Of a stretch of 64,000 nt of DNA, positions 40,560 through 50,026 are shown piece by piece (the stretch's first letter is position 1; each line of letters starts with the position of its first letter). The notes beneath the pieces are model-generated. The model saw nothing but the letters and a program-made list of their open reading frames with translations, was not told the origin of the DNA and ran no database searches. Position numbers and translations under genes: made by a program. The DNA comes from Dehalococcoidia bacterium (GTDB lineage: Bacteria; Chloroflexota; Dehalococcoidia; Plut-88900), in contig CBDFLQ010000007.1 of NCBI GenBank assembly GCA_965249275.1, positions 704,001 through 768,000 on the forward strand, given 5' to 3'.

Positions 40560-41885
40560 CTACGGAGGGGATAGCGTGGGGCTCGGGGTCTGATATTTAA
40601 TTGAGTATTTCTTTTCCTGGATGGTTAAGGAAGACAGTGCGGCGGGAATCAGCAACAGGCCGACAATGCTGAAGGGAATAAAGTAATTGCCGGTTATATC
40701 GTGCATTACCCCTGCGAACTGGACACTGGCTGCGCTTCCGATCTGATGGGCCAGGAAGGCGATGCTGCTGATAGTGCCCAGCCTCTTGACGCCGTACACG
40801 TCGGCAGTGAGGGAGGTGGTGAGTGGCGCGGTTGCCCACCATGAAAAGCCTGCTATCCCCACAAAACTCCACAAGCCCCAGCCCCCCGGGACCAGCAAGA
40901 GCACGGCGTATCCGAGTCCCCGACCAGCGTATACCAGGCCCAGCAAGTTCTTTCTTCCCATCTTATCGGAGATAAGGCTTATCCCCACCACGCCCACTAT
41001 GTTCAGCCCATTCATAATTCCGAAGGCCAGGGCGGCGGTTGACTCCGTGAAACCCTTGTCCACGGCGTAAGGGACAAAGTGGGTGCCCATGATCGCGGTG
41101 GTAGCGCCGCATACGAAATAGGCGCCGCACATTTGCCAGATAGGAGCGGAGCGGAAGGCGCTGGCCCAGGACTCCGTTTCCAACGGGCCCTTAGCCGGTT
41201 CTGCAGCCGGTTGGCTGCTCTTCCCCACCTCGCGAATTGGGGTGGCCTCACCGTCGGGTAGGAGACCCATCTTTTCGGGGTTCTCCCTGATAATGAGGAA
41301 GGCCGCCGGCAGGGCAAAGACGAGGACCAAGGCGCCCAGCACTGCCCACGCGGTTCTCCAATTAGTTATTTCTATAAGGTATTGAGTGAAGGGCACCAGC
41401 AGCATTCCACCAATGGATGCACCAGCCATGCTAATGCCCAGGACGGTGGCGCGATGCCGACGGAACCACTTGGCCAGCATCGCCCCGGTTATCGGGTCTC
41501 CTACACCGCTGGTGGCAACAGACGTAACTATGCCGAAAAGGGCGATGAGGAACAGGATGTGGAAGGTCTGCATGAGCAGAACAGTGGCCACACCCAGGAC
41601 GAGAAGGCTGGGGATCACGATTTTCCGGGCGCCGTACCGGTCGTAGAGTCTGCCGACGAAGGGCTGGGTAAGGCCGTTGACCAGCAGACCGATTGACGCA
41701 GCGAGCGAGATTTCGCTTCGGGACCAGCCGAAGTCGTCGCTCATGGGTATAACAAAGACAGTGAAACTGCTGCGCCCACCCAGAGCAACGAAGTTGATGA
41801 ACAGGCACAACCCTACAATCAGCCACCCATAGAACAGAGGACTGCGAGAGGACCGGCCTGCCTGGAGGCCAACTGGATCAGCCAT
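40560..41885 (-). CDS. MFS transporter
   Basis: FYGW N-terminus, GRLYDRYGAR motif A, ~12 TM segments. Confidence 0.93.
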   Translation of the reverse strand: MADPVGLQAGRSSRSPLFYGWLIVGLCLFINFVALGGRSSFTVFVIPMSDDFGWSRSEISLAASIGLLVNGLTQPFVGRLYDRYGARKIVIPSLLVLGVATVLLMQTFHILFLIALFGIVTSVATSGVGDPITGAMLAKWFRRHRATVLGISMAGASIGGMLLVPFTQYLIEITNWRTAWAVLGALVLVFALPAAFLIIRENPEKMGLLPDGEATPIREVGKSSQPAAEPAKGPLETESWASAFRSAPIWQMCGAYFVCGATTAIMGTHFVPYAVDKGFTESTAALAFGIMNGLNIVGVVGISLISDKMGRKNLLGLVYAGRGLGYAVLLLVPGGWGLWSFVGIAGFSWWATAPLTTSLTADVYGVKRLGTISSIAFLAHQIGSAASVQFAGVMHDITGNYFIPFSIVGLLLIPAALSSLTIQEKKYSIKYQTPSPTLSPP

Positions 41886-42043
41886 GATGAGATCCGAGGG
41901 CTGTAGTTCGCGGGGCTAGAGCGTCAGCGTAACACTAATGTGCGAAGGTTGGCAAAGCAGCTTGACACTTGTGCGCCGTGTTAATCTAGCGCTTGGATCA
42001 CCATTCGCCTTTTCTCTACTTATCATGTGACGGAGGCACACCG

Positions 42044-43390
42044 ATGCCAAGTTCAAAAGCGACCTTTCTTACCGAGACCTATTCCGGCTATTTGCACAGA
42101 GACGTACCCACGGAGGATGTGGACCTTACGCACGTCGGGCCCGGGACCCCGACAGGCGAGTATTTGCGGCGGTTCTGGCAACCCGTGGCCCACTCCGACG
42201 AGCTGAGTGACCTGCCTGTCAGAATATGCATTCTCGGGGAGGACCTGGTTGCTTTCCGGGATGAGTCCGGGAGGGCGGGGCTGCTGGAGCTCCACTGCTG
42301 CCATCGAGGCACGTCCCTGGAGTACGGCAAGATCGAAGACGGCGGCATCCGGTGCTGCTACCACGGCTGGCTCTTCGACATCAGCGGCAAGATACTGGAG
42401 ACGCCGGGTGAGCCTGATACCAGCACTCTCAAGGACCGGCTCTACCACGGCGCCTACCCGGTCCACGAGTTCAATGGCCTCGTCTTCGCCTACATGGGCC
42501 CCCCGGACAAAATCTATCCCTTCCCGATGTACGATGCATTCACTGCACCCGGAATGAGCCTCGCCGTCGGGACGAAGAACATCAAGCACTGTAACTGGCT
42601 ACAGGTGATGGACAACGTTGTAGACCCGGTGCACGAGGCATTTCTCCACGCAGGCATAAGCAATGTTCAATTCACGGACTCTGCGGGACAGCCGATCGAG
42701 GCCCTGCTGGATGTGGGTGCGTTTGAGGTGCTGGAGTCGCCGATCGGGTTGATGTGCTGTGTAACCCGGCGGATTGACGGTCACATCTGGTCGCATAACG
42801 TCGAGTACATCGCCCCGAACATCGGCCACATCCCCCTGCCACCCGATTTGCCGCCTCAGTACAACGAGGGGCAGGACCAGGTCTGCTTCTATCCGACCCT
42901 GTTCCGGTGGCGCGTGCCCCAGGACGACACCAATACGCTGGAATTCACCTTCACCCGGACGCCGGAGGGCGAGGAAGACGCCTATACCAACAACCCCGAG
43001 TTCGCAACGATGGCACAACTAGCGGGAACTGCCAGACCCTACGAGGACAGGCAACGCTTCCCCGCCGACTACGACGCGCAGGTCGGGCAGCGGGACATCG
43101 CCGTCCACGACCTGGAGCACCTTGCAACGACAGACCGGGGAGTCATCATGATGCGCCGCATGATCCGAGACGGCATCCAGGCAATGGACTGTGGAGAGGA
43201 CCCGGTCGGCGTCTTCCGTGAGCCGATAACCGACCCCATCCCCACCTACGGCTACGAGACCTCGGCCAAGGTTCCACCTGCCCCAACCCCGGAGGAGGAC
43301 GAGAAACTGGTACGGGACACGGGGCTCCAGTTTGCGAAGGGTTACTTGTCAGAGCCACCGGCACAATCTCCGTATTTGAGGATCAAGTGA
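42044..43390 (+). CDS. Rieske non-heme iron oxygenase alpha subunit (phthalate 4,5-dioxygenase-like)
   Basis: CCHRG...CCYHGW Rieske motif; DNVVDPVHEAFLH; EHLATTDRGV. Confidence 0.92.
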   Translation: MPSSKATFLTETYSGYLHRDVPTEDVDLTHVGPGTPTGEYLRRFWQPVAHSDELSDLPVRICILGEDLVAFRDESGRAGLLELHCCHRGTSLEYGKIEDGGIRCCYHGWLFDISGKILETPGEPDTSTLKDRLYHGAYPVHEFNGLVFAYMGPPDKIYPFPMYDAFTAPGMSLAVGTKNIKHCNWLQVMDNVVDPVHEAFLHAGISNVQFTDSAGQPIEALLDVGAFEVLESPIGLMCCVTRRIDGHIWSHNVEYIAPNIGHIPLPPDLPPQYNEGQDQVCFYPTLFRWRVPQDDTNTLEFTFTRTPEGEEDAYTNNPEFATMAQLAGTARPYEDRQRFPADYDAQVGQRDIAVHDLEHLATTDRGVIMMRRMIRDGIQAMDCGEDPVGVFREPITDPIPTYGYETSAKVPPAPTPEEDEKLVRDTGLQFAKGYLSEPPAQSPYLRIK

Positions 43391-43447
43391 GCGGGCTAGT
43401 TATGAAGGTAGTCGGGAGGAATACTCGAGACCATTCCAGAGGGGCGC

Positions 43448-44668
43448 TTGTCTAGCCACAGGTTCGATATTGCTATCGTGGGGGGAGGGGTGGTTGGGTT
43501 GGCGACTGCCCTGCAGTTGTCACGACGCTTCCCATCGGCGCGGTGTGTAGTCTTGGAGAAGGAGGACGGTCTCGGGAGGCACCAAACCGGGCATAACAAC
43601 TGCGTAATTCACACCGGCATCTACTATCGCACCGGCTCCCTGAAAGCGAGAAACTGCGTGCGCGGCGCCCGGATGCTGAAAGCCTTCTGCGACGAGAACG
43701 GTGTCGAATACGAAGACTGCGGCAAGGTCATCGTGGCTACCAACCCGGAAGAGGTCCCGGCCCTGGAGGAGTTGTACCGCCGTGGAACGGCCAACGGTGT
43801 ATCTGGCCTAGAGGTTATCGGCCCCGAGAGGCTGCGGGAGATCGAGCCCCACACCAACGGGGTGAAGGCGATCCACTCTCCGGAGACGGCAATTGTGGAC
43901 TACAACGCAGTCACGGATGCTTACGCACGGCTGTTCAGGGAGTCGGGTGGGGAGGTGTGGACGGGTGCGCGGGTCAGCGGAATAGGGTCTCGGGTGGAAG
44001 GGCTTGAGATCGACACCGAGCGTGGCTCGGTTTCCACCCGATACCTCGTCAATTGCGCAGGGCTCCATGCAGACCACATCGCAGCGATGGCGGGCGTCAA
44101 GACCAACGTCCGACTCATCCCTTTCCGCGGTGAGTTCTACGCTCTCAAGCCTGCTGCCAAGGGATACGTGCGCAACCTGATCTACCCGGTCCCCGACCCC
44201 CGCTTCCCGTTCCTGGGAGCGACATTCGGGAGGATAAAGGGAGGTGTCATCAGGAGCGGGCCCAACGCCATGGTTGCAGGGTCACGGGAGGGCTACTCCA
44301 TCACCGACTTAGACCCAAAGGAAGCGTGGACTATCCTATCAATGCCGGCGTTCTGGAGGATGGCGATGCGCTACTGGCGGACGGGCCTGCAGGAGATCTA
44401 TTTCTCGCTGAGCAAGAAGGCTTATGTGAAGTCGATGCAGAAGCTAGTGCCAAGCGTTGGTGTGGAGGACCTGGAGAAGTGGGGGAGCGGGGTCCGGGCC
44501 CAGGCAGTGATGCCGGACGGGAACATGGTCGACGACTTCGTGATTAAGGAAACACGGAACGCGGTTCACGTGATCAATGCGCCGTCTCCAGGGGCCACGT
44601 CCTCCCTTTCGATTGGCGAGTACGTCACGGACAGAGCCGCTTCCATTTTTGATCTGCCCACCGCTTGA
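43448..44668 (+). CDS. L-2-hydroxyglutarate oxidase-like FAD oxidoreductase (divergent paralog)
   Basis: GGGVVG, HQTGHNNCVIHTGIYY, IYPVPDP.FPFLG, GVRAQA, NAPSPGAT. Confidence 0.88.
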   Translation: MSSHRFDIAIVGGGVVGLATALQLSRRFPSARCVVLEKEDGLGRHQTGHNNCVIHTGIYYRTGSLKARNCVRGARMLKAFCDENGVEYEDCGKVIVATNPEEVPALEELYRRGTANGVSGLEVIGPERLREIEPHTNGVKAIHSPETAIVDYNAVTDAYARLFRESGGEVWTGARVSGIGSRVEGLEIDTERGSVSTRYLVNCAGLHADHIAAMAGVKTNVRLIPFRGEFYALKPAAKGYVRNLIYPVPDPRFPFLGATFGRIKGGVIRSGPNAMVAGSREGYSITDLDPKEAWTILSMPAFWRMAMRYWRTGLQEIYFSLSKKAYVKSMQKLVPSVGVEDLEKWGSGVRAQAVMPDGNMVDDFVIKETRNAVHVINAPSPGATSSLSIGEYVTDRAASIFDLPTA

Positions 44669-44702
44669 ATGGGATATCAGTCTCCGATTGGGCCTTGCAC
44701 CT

Positions 44703-45464
44703 CTACTTCTTCACCCCCCAGCACCATGCGGCAGGCGTGCCCACACCCCTCACCCCGACTACCCTACCTCCACGAGACTCTACCCACTCCTCAACTTCTT
44801 CGCCGGTGAGAGGAGCGCCATCCCAGGTCTTACCCGCCTCCCGGGTGTCTATCCCGAAGAGGCGCGGGAGCAGAGGAATACGCCACCGATCGAGGATCCC
44901 CCAGATCAGCCGTCCCCTCCACCCGACCTTCCGTCGGGTCTCGCCGTTGTACTGGAATAGGAACCCACCTCCGGGCCTTAGGACTCGGAGCATCTCGGCG
45001 ACGTTGTGGAGGACAATCTCTTCATGCGGCACGTGCTGGAAAACGAGGAAGCTGAAGGCGAAGTGAAGGGCCACGTCCGGGATGGTGGTTAGGTCGAAGC
45101 CGTCAGAGACTTCCCAGGTTACATTGTTCAGCTCGGGGCAAAGGGATTGGCCTTGCTCGACCATCTCGGGGGAGACGTCGGTTGCATAGACGGAGCGGAA
45201 GCGACGGGCGAGCGCCTTGGTCATCCGCCCCACCCCACACCCCAACTCCAGCATTGCCGATTCTCGGGCATCTATTCCAAGATTCTTGAGTATCGGGTCT
45301 ACGAAGAGCTCACAGTCCCTGTCTCCGGAGTTGAAGAACTCGTCGGGGTCCCACTTGTGCCCGACCTTCCAAGTCGAGTAGTAGAAAGCGTCGGCGTGGG
45401 CGCGTTCGTCCCAATCCCGCCTCATTCGCGGGCCCCACGTTTCTCTTATGTTGCGATCATCCAT
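44703..45464 (-). CDS. Class I SAM-dependent methyltransferase
   Basis: MLELGCGVGR, DVSPEM, VFQH, RVLRPGG. Confidence 0.9.
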   Translation of the reverse strand: MDDRNIRETWGPRMRRDWDERAHADAFYYSTWKVGHKWDPDEFFNSGDRDCELFVDPILKNLGIDARESAMLELGCGVGRMTKALARRFRSVYATDVSPEMVEQGQSLCPELNNVTWEVSDGFDLTTIPDVALHFAFSFLVFQHVPHEEIVLHNVAEMLRVLRPGGGFLFQYNGETRRKVGWRGRLIWGILDRWRIPLLPRLFGIDTREAGKTWDGAPLTGEEVEEWVESRGGRVVGVRGVGTPAAWCWGVKK

Positions 45465-45615
45465 CGGAGATGGGCCATAGTAGCGGAAATGCCGGGATGA
45501 TGTGCAAGTCGGGGGAGGGAGGCGGAAAGACGAGGAAGGGAGCCGGGCGGTAGAATGGCCGGTACCGGCTTTGCCAATTGCCGGACTCTCAACACAAGGG
45601 AAAGTGAAAGATCCA

Positions 45616-46473
45616 ATGATTCGACGAGTGGCAATTATCGGCGCGGGTGGGTTCGGGGAGGTTATGTTGGCCGCAATGACCGGGCCCGAGGAACGAGCAC
45701 AGGGAGTCGAGTTGGTCGCCTCCCACAGACGGCCGGAGCGTTGTGCAGAGCTCCGAGAGAAATACGGCATCACCGTCTACTCCGACAACCGGGAGGCATG
45801 CGAAGGAGCCGACGTAATCTACCCGCTTGTCAGGCCCGATCAGATGGGGGTTCTGATGGAGGAGATCGGTCCGGGGATCGGGGACGGGCAGATAGTCGCT
45901 GCGGGCGCTGCATCGCTTCCCCTGTCATTTTACCGCCGGTATCTGTCTTCCAAATGCACCCTCGCCTGGGTCTTTCCGACATCGTATATGTCACTGAGGC
46001 TTGGCTACCTGGCCCTCTGCCCCGAACCGGGTTCGGACCCGGAGCGTATCCGAGACCTGGAATCCTATTGGGGCCGCTTCTGCGAACATGTCATCACCAT
46101 CCGGGAGGAGGCGATGGACACGTTCGTGTTGCTCCACGCGGCGGGTCAAACGTTTATATGGCCGGTGCTCAAGGCCTTCGTAGAGTTCGGGTCGGCCAAC
46201 GGGTTTACCAATGCGGAAGCGCAGGCGATAACGCTAAGCACCCTGGAGTCGATGGCGAGATGCCTGAAGACACAGGACGCCAGCCCCATAGCACTGGAAG
46301 GGATGATGGAAGAATACTCTGTCCCCAGGAGCTTGACGGAATCGGGGATTGCGGTGCTCAGGCGTAACTACGTGGAGTCGATCTACGCCCAAACTTTGGA
46401 GGCGGGGATGACACAGGCGCGGGTCAATCGGGAAGAAGCGACCCGTTCCTACAATCCCCAAAACACTGCCTAA
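45616..46473 (+). CDS. Pyrroline-5-carboxylate reductase-like NAD(P)-dependent reductase (divergent)
   Basis: IIGAGGFG, ADVI...VRP; ProC-like length and organisation but signature motifs are altered. Confidence 0.75.
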   Translation: MIRRVAIIGAGGFGEVMLAAMTGPEERAQGVELVASHRRPERCAELREKYGITVYSDNREACEGADVIYPLVRPDQMGVLMEEIGPGIGDGQIVAAGAASLPLSFYRRYLSSKCTLAWVFPTSYMSLRLGYLALCPEPGSDPERIRDLESYWGRFCEHVITIREEAMDTFVLLHAAGQTFIWPVLKAFVEFGSANGFTNAEAQAITLSTLESMARCLKTQDASPIALEGMMEEYSVPRSLTESGIAVLRRNYVESIYAQTLEAGMTQARVNREEATRSYNPQNTA

Positions 46474-46492
46474 AGACAGGTGAAAGGACCGG

Positions 46493-47746
46493 ATTGAGGG
46501 TGTTCCAATAAATCCTAGACCGAGGCTGTTTTACGGATGGTGGATCGTCATCGGCTCAATTCCGGTGTCGATCATAACGGGGGCATTCTTCTACGGATTC
46601 TCGGCACTGTTCGACCCGATTATCGAGGAGTTCGGGTGGTCGAGAGCCCTGACCTCCGTGGCCTTTGCGTTGCAGCAAGGGGAGAGCGGGGTAGCTGCGC
46701 CGGTGGTGGGCGTGCTGGTCGACAAGCTGGGCCCGAGGCGGGTCATCATGGTGGGTGGGGTTATCTACGGGGTCGGGTTTCTCCTTCTGGGCTACATAGA
46801 TGGGCTTTGGATGTTCTACATGATGTTCCTGGTCATCTCCGTAGGGTCCAGCGGGTGCAACCCAATCGTTACATACATTGCTGCGGCCCAGTGGTTTCGC
46901 CGAAAGAGAGGCCGGAGCATGGGGATAATCTCGCTGGGCTCGGCGTTCAGCGGGATCATGGTGTACCTGCTCGTGGTGCTTATTTCCCAGTTTGGGTGGC
47001 GGACCACGGTACAGGTGTTGGGTATTGCATCATGGGCGGTCATCCTGCCGCTAGCCCTGGTATTCAGGCATCGGCCTGAGCAATATGGACTCCTGCCCGA
47101 CGGCGACGTGGCAGGGACTGATTCCCCCGTCTACTCCAGACGCACGGAGGTCGACTTTCGTTTCAAGGAGGCTGTATCCACGCGGACATTCTGGTACCTG
47201 GGGGCTGTGTTTACGCTGTGGACGCTGGTCCACGGGGCGGTAATCTCCCAGTTGATCTCTGCACTGAAGCTGGATGGAAACGTATCGTTGACCGTGGCGG
47301 GCGCAGCGGCCGCGGGGGTACCGCTATTCAGCGTGATAGGTCGGCTGGGGATGGGATCGCTGTCAGATTTCGTCGACAAAAAGGCTGTAGTGGTGGTCAG
47401 TCTGGCAATCCAAGCGATGGGGTTGGTGCTGTTAGCCAACCTTGCGACACCTTTGCTTGCTATAGCAGGGTCATTTTTCTATGGGGTGGGGTCGGGTGGG
47501 GTGATTCCCGTGCGGTCGGCGCTGCAGGCCGACCTGTTCGGGGCCCGGAACTTCGGCACGATACAGGGCGGGCTCCGGCTTCTGTCCACGGCGGGAGGGG
47601 TAGCCGGCCCGATCATGGCCGGGGGAATAGCCGACGCGCAGGACTCCTACCGGCTGTTCTACTACATATGCGTTGGGGCACTGGTGGCAACGGCGGTATT
47701 TGTGATGCTGCTGAGACAGCCTCGGGTCCCGGGTAGCCGGGGTTAG
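46493..47746 (+). CDS. MFS transporter (start uncertain; first canonical start at 46565)
   Basis: In-frame RPRLFYGWWIV lies upstream of 46565; GVLVDKLGPR motif A. Confidence 0.88.
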   Translation: MEGVPINPRPRLFYGWWIVIGSIPVSIITGAFFYGFSALFDPIIEEFGWSRALTSVAFALQQGESGVAAPVVGVLVDKLGPRRVIMVGGVIYGVGFLLLGYIDGLWMFYMMFLVISVGSSGCNPIVTYIAAAQWFRRKRGRSMGIISLGSAFSGIMVYLLVVLISQFGWRTTVQVLGIASWAVILPLALVFRHRPEQYGLLPDGDVAGTDSPVYSRRTEVDFRFKEAVSTRTFWYLGAVFTLWTLVHGAVISQLISALKLDGNVSLTVAGAAAAGVPLFSVIGRLGMGSLSDFVDKKAVVVVSLAIQAMGLVLLANLATPLLAIAGSFFYGVGSGGVIPVRSALQADLFGARNFGTIQGGLRLLSTAGGVAGPIMAGGIADAQDSYRLFYYICVGALVATAVFVMLLRQPRVPGSRG

Positions 47747-47757
47747 GGGGCAGGGAG

Positions 47758-47800
47758 GGGAGTCCCCGCCCCAGATTCCTCGCGGAGCCTCGGAATGACG
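47758..47800. repeat. REP-like palindrome (AGATTCCTCGCGG..CCTCGGAATGAC)
   Basis: Inverse of 20270-20310; related copy near 48598-48625. Confidence 0.75.
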
Positions 47801-48465
47801 AGGGAGCAGGCGGTGGTTATTCAGTTGGGATTCGAGGGTTTGGTTTCTTGGTTTTGGTTGGTGGGGTGGCGATGGAAGACGCTCGCTGGATTAGGCTCCC
47901 TATATTTAGATAATGCGGGCATGGAGGCGTCCCGGGAACGTGGGACGGGGCTCCGCCGCCGCCTAGACCTGGAAGTATGGTCGGACGTACGGGTCCGTCA
48001 TCCGTCATAGGCTCCAATGAGGGTTGGCTGCGCTGTCCGCCGTAGGCGGGTGCAGGAAGGGGAAAGTCCAGGGTCAGTTCCCCTCGCAGGAGTAGTGGAT
48101 ATCCGGTTCGCCGCCTGTATCCAGGAGCCCGGAGTGGCGGACAGTCCAGTTTTATTTGAGGAAGCGGACGGAGAGCCGAGCGGGCCTCGGCTACGGGCCG
48201 CCCCGTTCCGCTCCATGGGACGGGTTGCTCCGTGAGGAGACTTTTAAGTACGGTCCAGGGCGTCTTCCATCGCGGGGATCAGGGTAAGGGATAGCCGGGG
48301 CCCTTGGTAGAGGAGATGGCGGCGTTCGCTTGAGCCGCGGGACGGCTTGTGGGCCGCCCTTTGGGATGGGCTTAGACGTTGAGTCCTCCATTACGTGGGT
48401 CGGGGCTGGGTTTCCCCCCTGGGTTTTGTTACCTCCTTGGGTTTGGGGTGGGTGACGGATCAGTC
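47800..48465 (-). ncRNA. Candidate large structured ncRNA, copy C
   Basis: Homologous to copy B; 14-bp perfect IR GCGATGGAAGACGC (47869-47882) / 48260-48273. Confidence 0.6.
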
Positions 48466-48472
48466 GTGGGTG

Positions 48473-48516
48473 AATATAGTACATGTGTACTTATTGAGTC
48501 AAGGGGCTGGTGTCAC
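48473..48516 (-). promoter_or_regulatory. Sigma70-type promoter with LexA-like box (copy C)
   Basis: Minus strand GTGACACCAGCCCC-TTGACT-N18-TATATT; palindromic GTAC-N4-GTAC at 48479-48490. Confidence 0.7.
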
Positions 48517-48532
48517 TTTTTGCCAATAAGGA

Positions 48533-48790
48533 TCACCCTCACCCTAGCCCTCTCCCATCAAAGGGAGAGGGGACAGGACCGGTACAGACCCCGCACCGGA
48601 TTCCCCGCGGGACCTCGGGATGACAGGGGGGCTGCGGTGAAGGTGCAGGGTGAGCGCGATATATTGTCAGAACTGGGCCGCCCCCCGCTCGACCCTTCGA
48701 GGGCCTCCCGCCTGAGGCGGATCTTCGACAGGGTGAGCAGCCACTCTCAGGGATGGGTTCCCGTGTCGGGGCACGGGAATGATGGGGGAT
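48533..48790. repeat. Cluster of REP-like palindromes
   Basis: ccctcaccctagccctctccc..gggagaggg; gattccccgcgggacctcgggatgac; ccgctcgacccttcga..gggtgagc; ttcccgtgtcggggcacgggaatga. Confidence 0.75.
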
Positions 48791-48832
48791 AGGTATGGCT
48801 CCTCATGGGAAAGGCGGGTAAAGGAAGAGTCG

Positions 48833-49948
48833 TTAGTCAGAAGGGACAGATGGGAAAACCCTATCAAGTCTGTATTTCCCCACGGCCCCCGACTCCTTCC
48901 CCCGCCCCACCTCCTCCGCCACGGTTCGTCCAACTATCGCAGCTAGTGTTATGCCGCTGTGCATGACCGCGGCATAGACGCCCTCCACTCCGGGGACTGG
49001 GCCGATTAGCGGGAGACCGTCGGAGGGCAAGGGCCGTAGGCCGATGCGGAATTCTTCGATTGGGAGGGAACCGAGCCCGGAGATGTCCTGGGCTGCGACG
49101 TCCCGGAGGCCGTAGAGCCATGAGGGCGGCTTCGAAGTATCACTATCCTGGTCGGCCATGATGTCGAAATCGTCGCTACCAATCATGACCCCGCCTCCCT
49201 CAGTGGGTCGGCAGTGGTATTTGCCGGGGTATACGACGCCGTTAAGCAGTGGGGTCGGGGGACGAAACTTGGCTAAGACGCCAACGGAGCGACCTAATGG
49301 AAGCTGGTAGCCCAAGGGGGCCAGAATCCCCACGCTCGACACCCCAGCCGCCACGACGATCTGGTCTCCAGCCACGAACCCTAGGCTGGTATCAACCCCT
49401 GTGGCCCGTCCACCAGAAGTGACTATCTCGATGACGGAGCATGAGTCCATGAGCCGGGCGCCCATATCGACGGCCCTGTCACATAGAGTGCGGGCCAGGG
49501 TCTCGCCTTCTACCCAACGCTCGTTGGGGAGATAGAGGACAGGACCGGAGTGGTCTTTAACTCGGACGTTGGGCTCAATCTTGGAAGCCTGGTCAGAAGA
49601 AAGGACCTCATGGGGATATTCCCACTCCTCAAGCTCCGCGAGGGTGCGATCAAACGCCCGCAGACCACCGGGCATCGACCCAGGCCAGTGGAGCGCTCCC
49701 CGGGACCCGATTCCGCTGTCGGGCCCCAGCTCTTCTTCCAGTTGTTCGTATGCCTCGACACCCAGACGGCTGAAGCGGTGATAATGCTCGGGCCGCTTTA
49801 GTACGGCGTTCACGTAGGCTGTCGAAGTCCCCGAAGTCCCTCCACCCGGCCTGCCACGCTCGATCACGGTGACGCGTGCGCCCGCCGCGCTGAGATAGTA
49901 AGCTATTGAAGCGCCGATCACGCCGGCGCCTATTACTATTGCGTGCAA
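48833..49948 (-). CDS. FAD-dependent oxidoreductase (DadA/glycine oxidase family)
   Basis: IGAGVIG, GLRPLPSDGLPLIG, MHSGITLA. Confidence 0.9.
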   Translation of the reverse strand: MHAIVIGAGVIGASIAYYLSAAGARVTVIERGRPGGGTSGTSTAYVNAVLKRPEHYHRFSRLGVEAYEQLEEELGPDSGIGSRGALHWPGSMPGGLRAFDRTLAELEEWEYPHEVLSSDQASKIEPNVRVKDHSGPVLYLPNERWVEGETLARTLCDRAVDMGARLMDSCSVIEIVTSGGRATGVDTSLGFVAGDQIVVAAGVSSVGILAPLGYQLPLGRSVGVLAKFRPPTPLLNGVVYPGKYHCRPTEGGGVMIGSDDFDIMADQDSDTSKPPSWLYGLRDVAAQDISGLGSLPIEEFRIGLRPLPSDGLPLIGPVPGVEGVYAAVMHSGITLAAIVGRTVAEEVGRGKESGAVGKYRLDRVFPSVPSD

Positions 49949-50026
49949 AGTTCCACCGGCGGTGATGATACTGAGAGTCGAGTCTATGGGCAACCGAAAC
50001 GAAATCAGGAGCCGAGTCGAATAACT

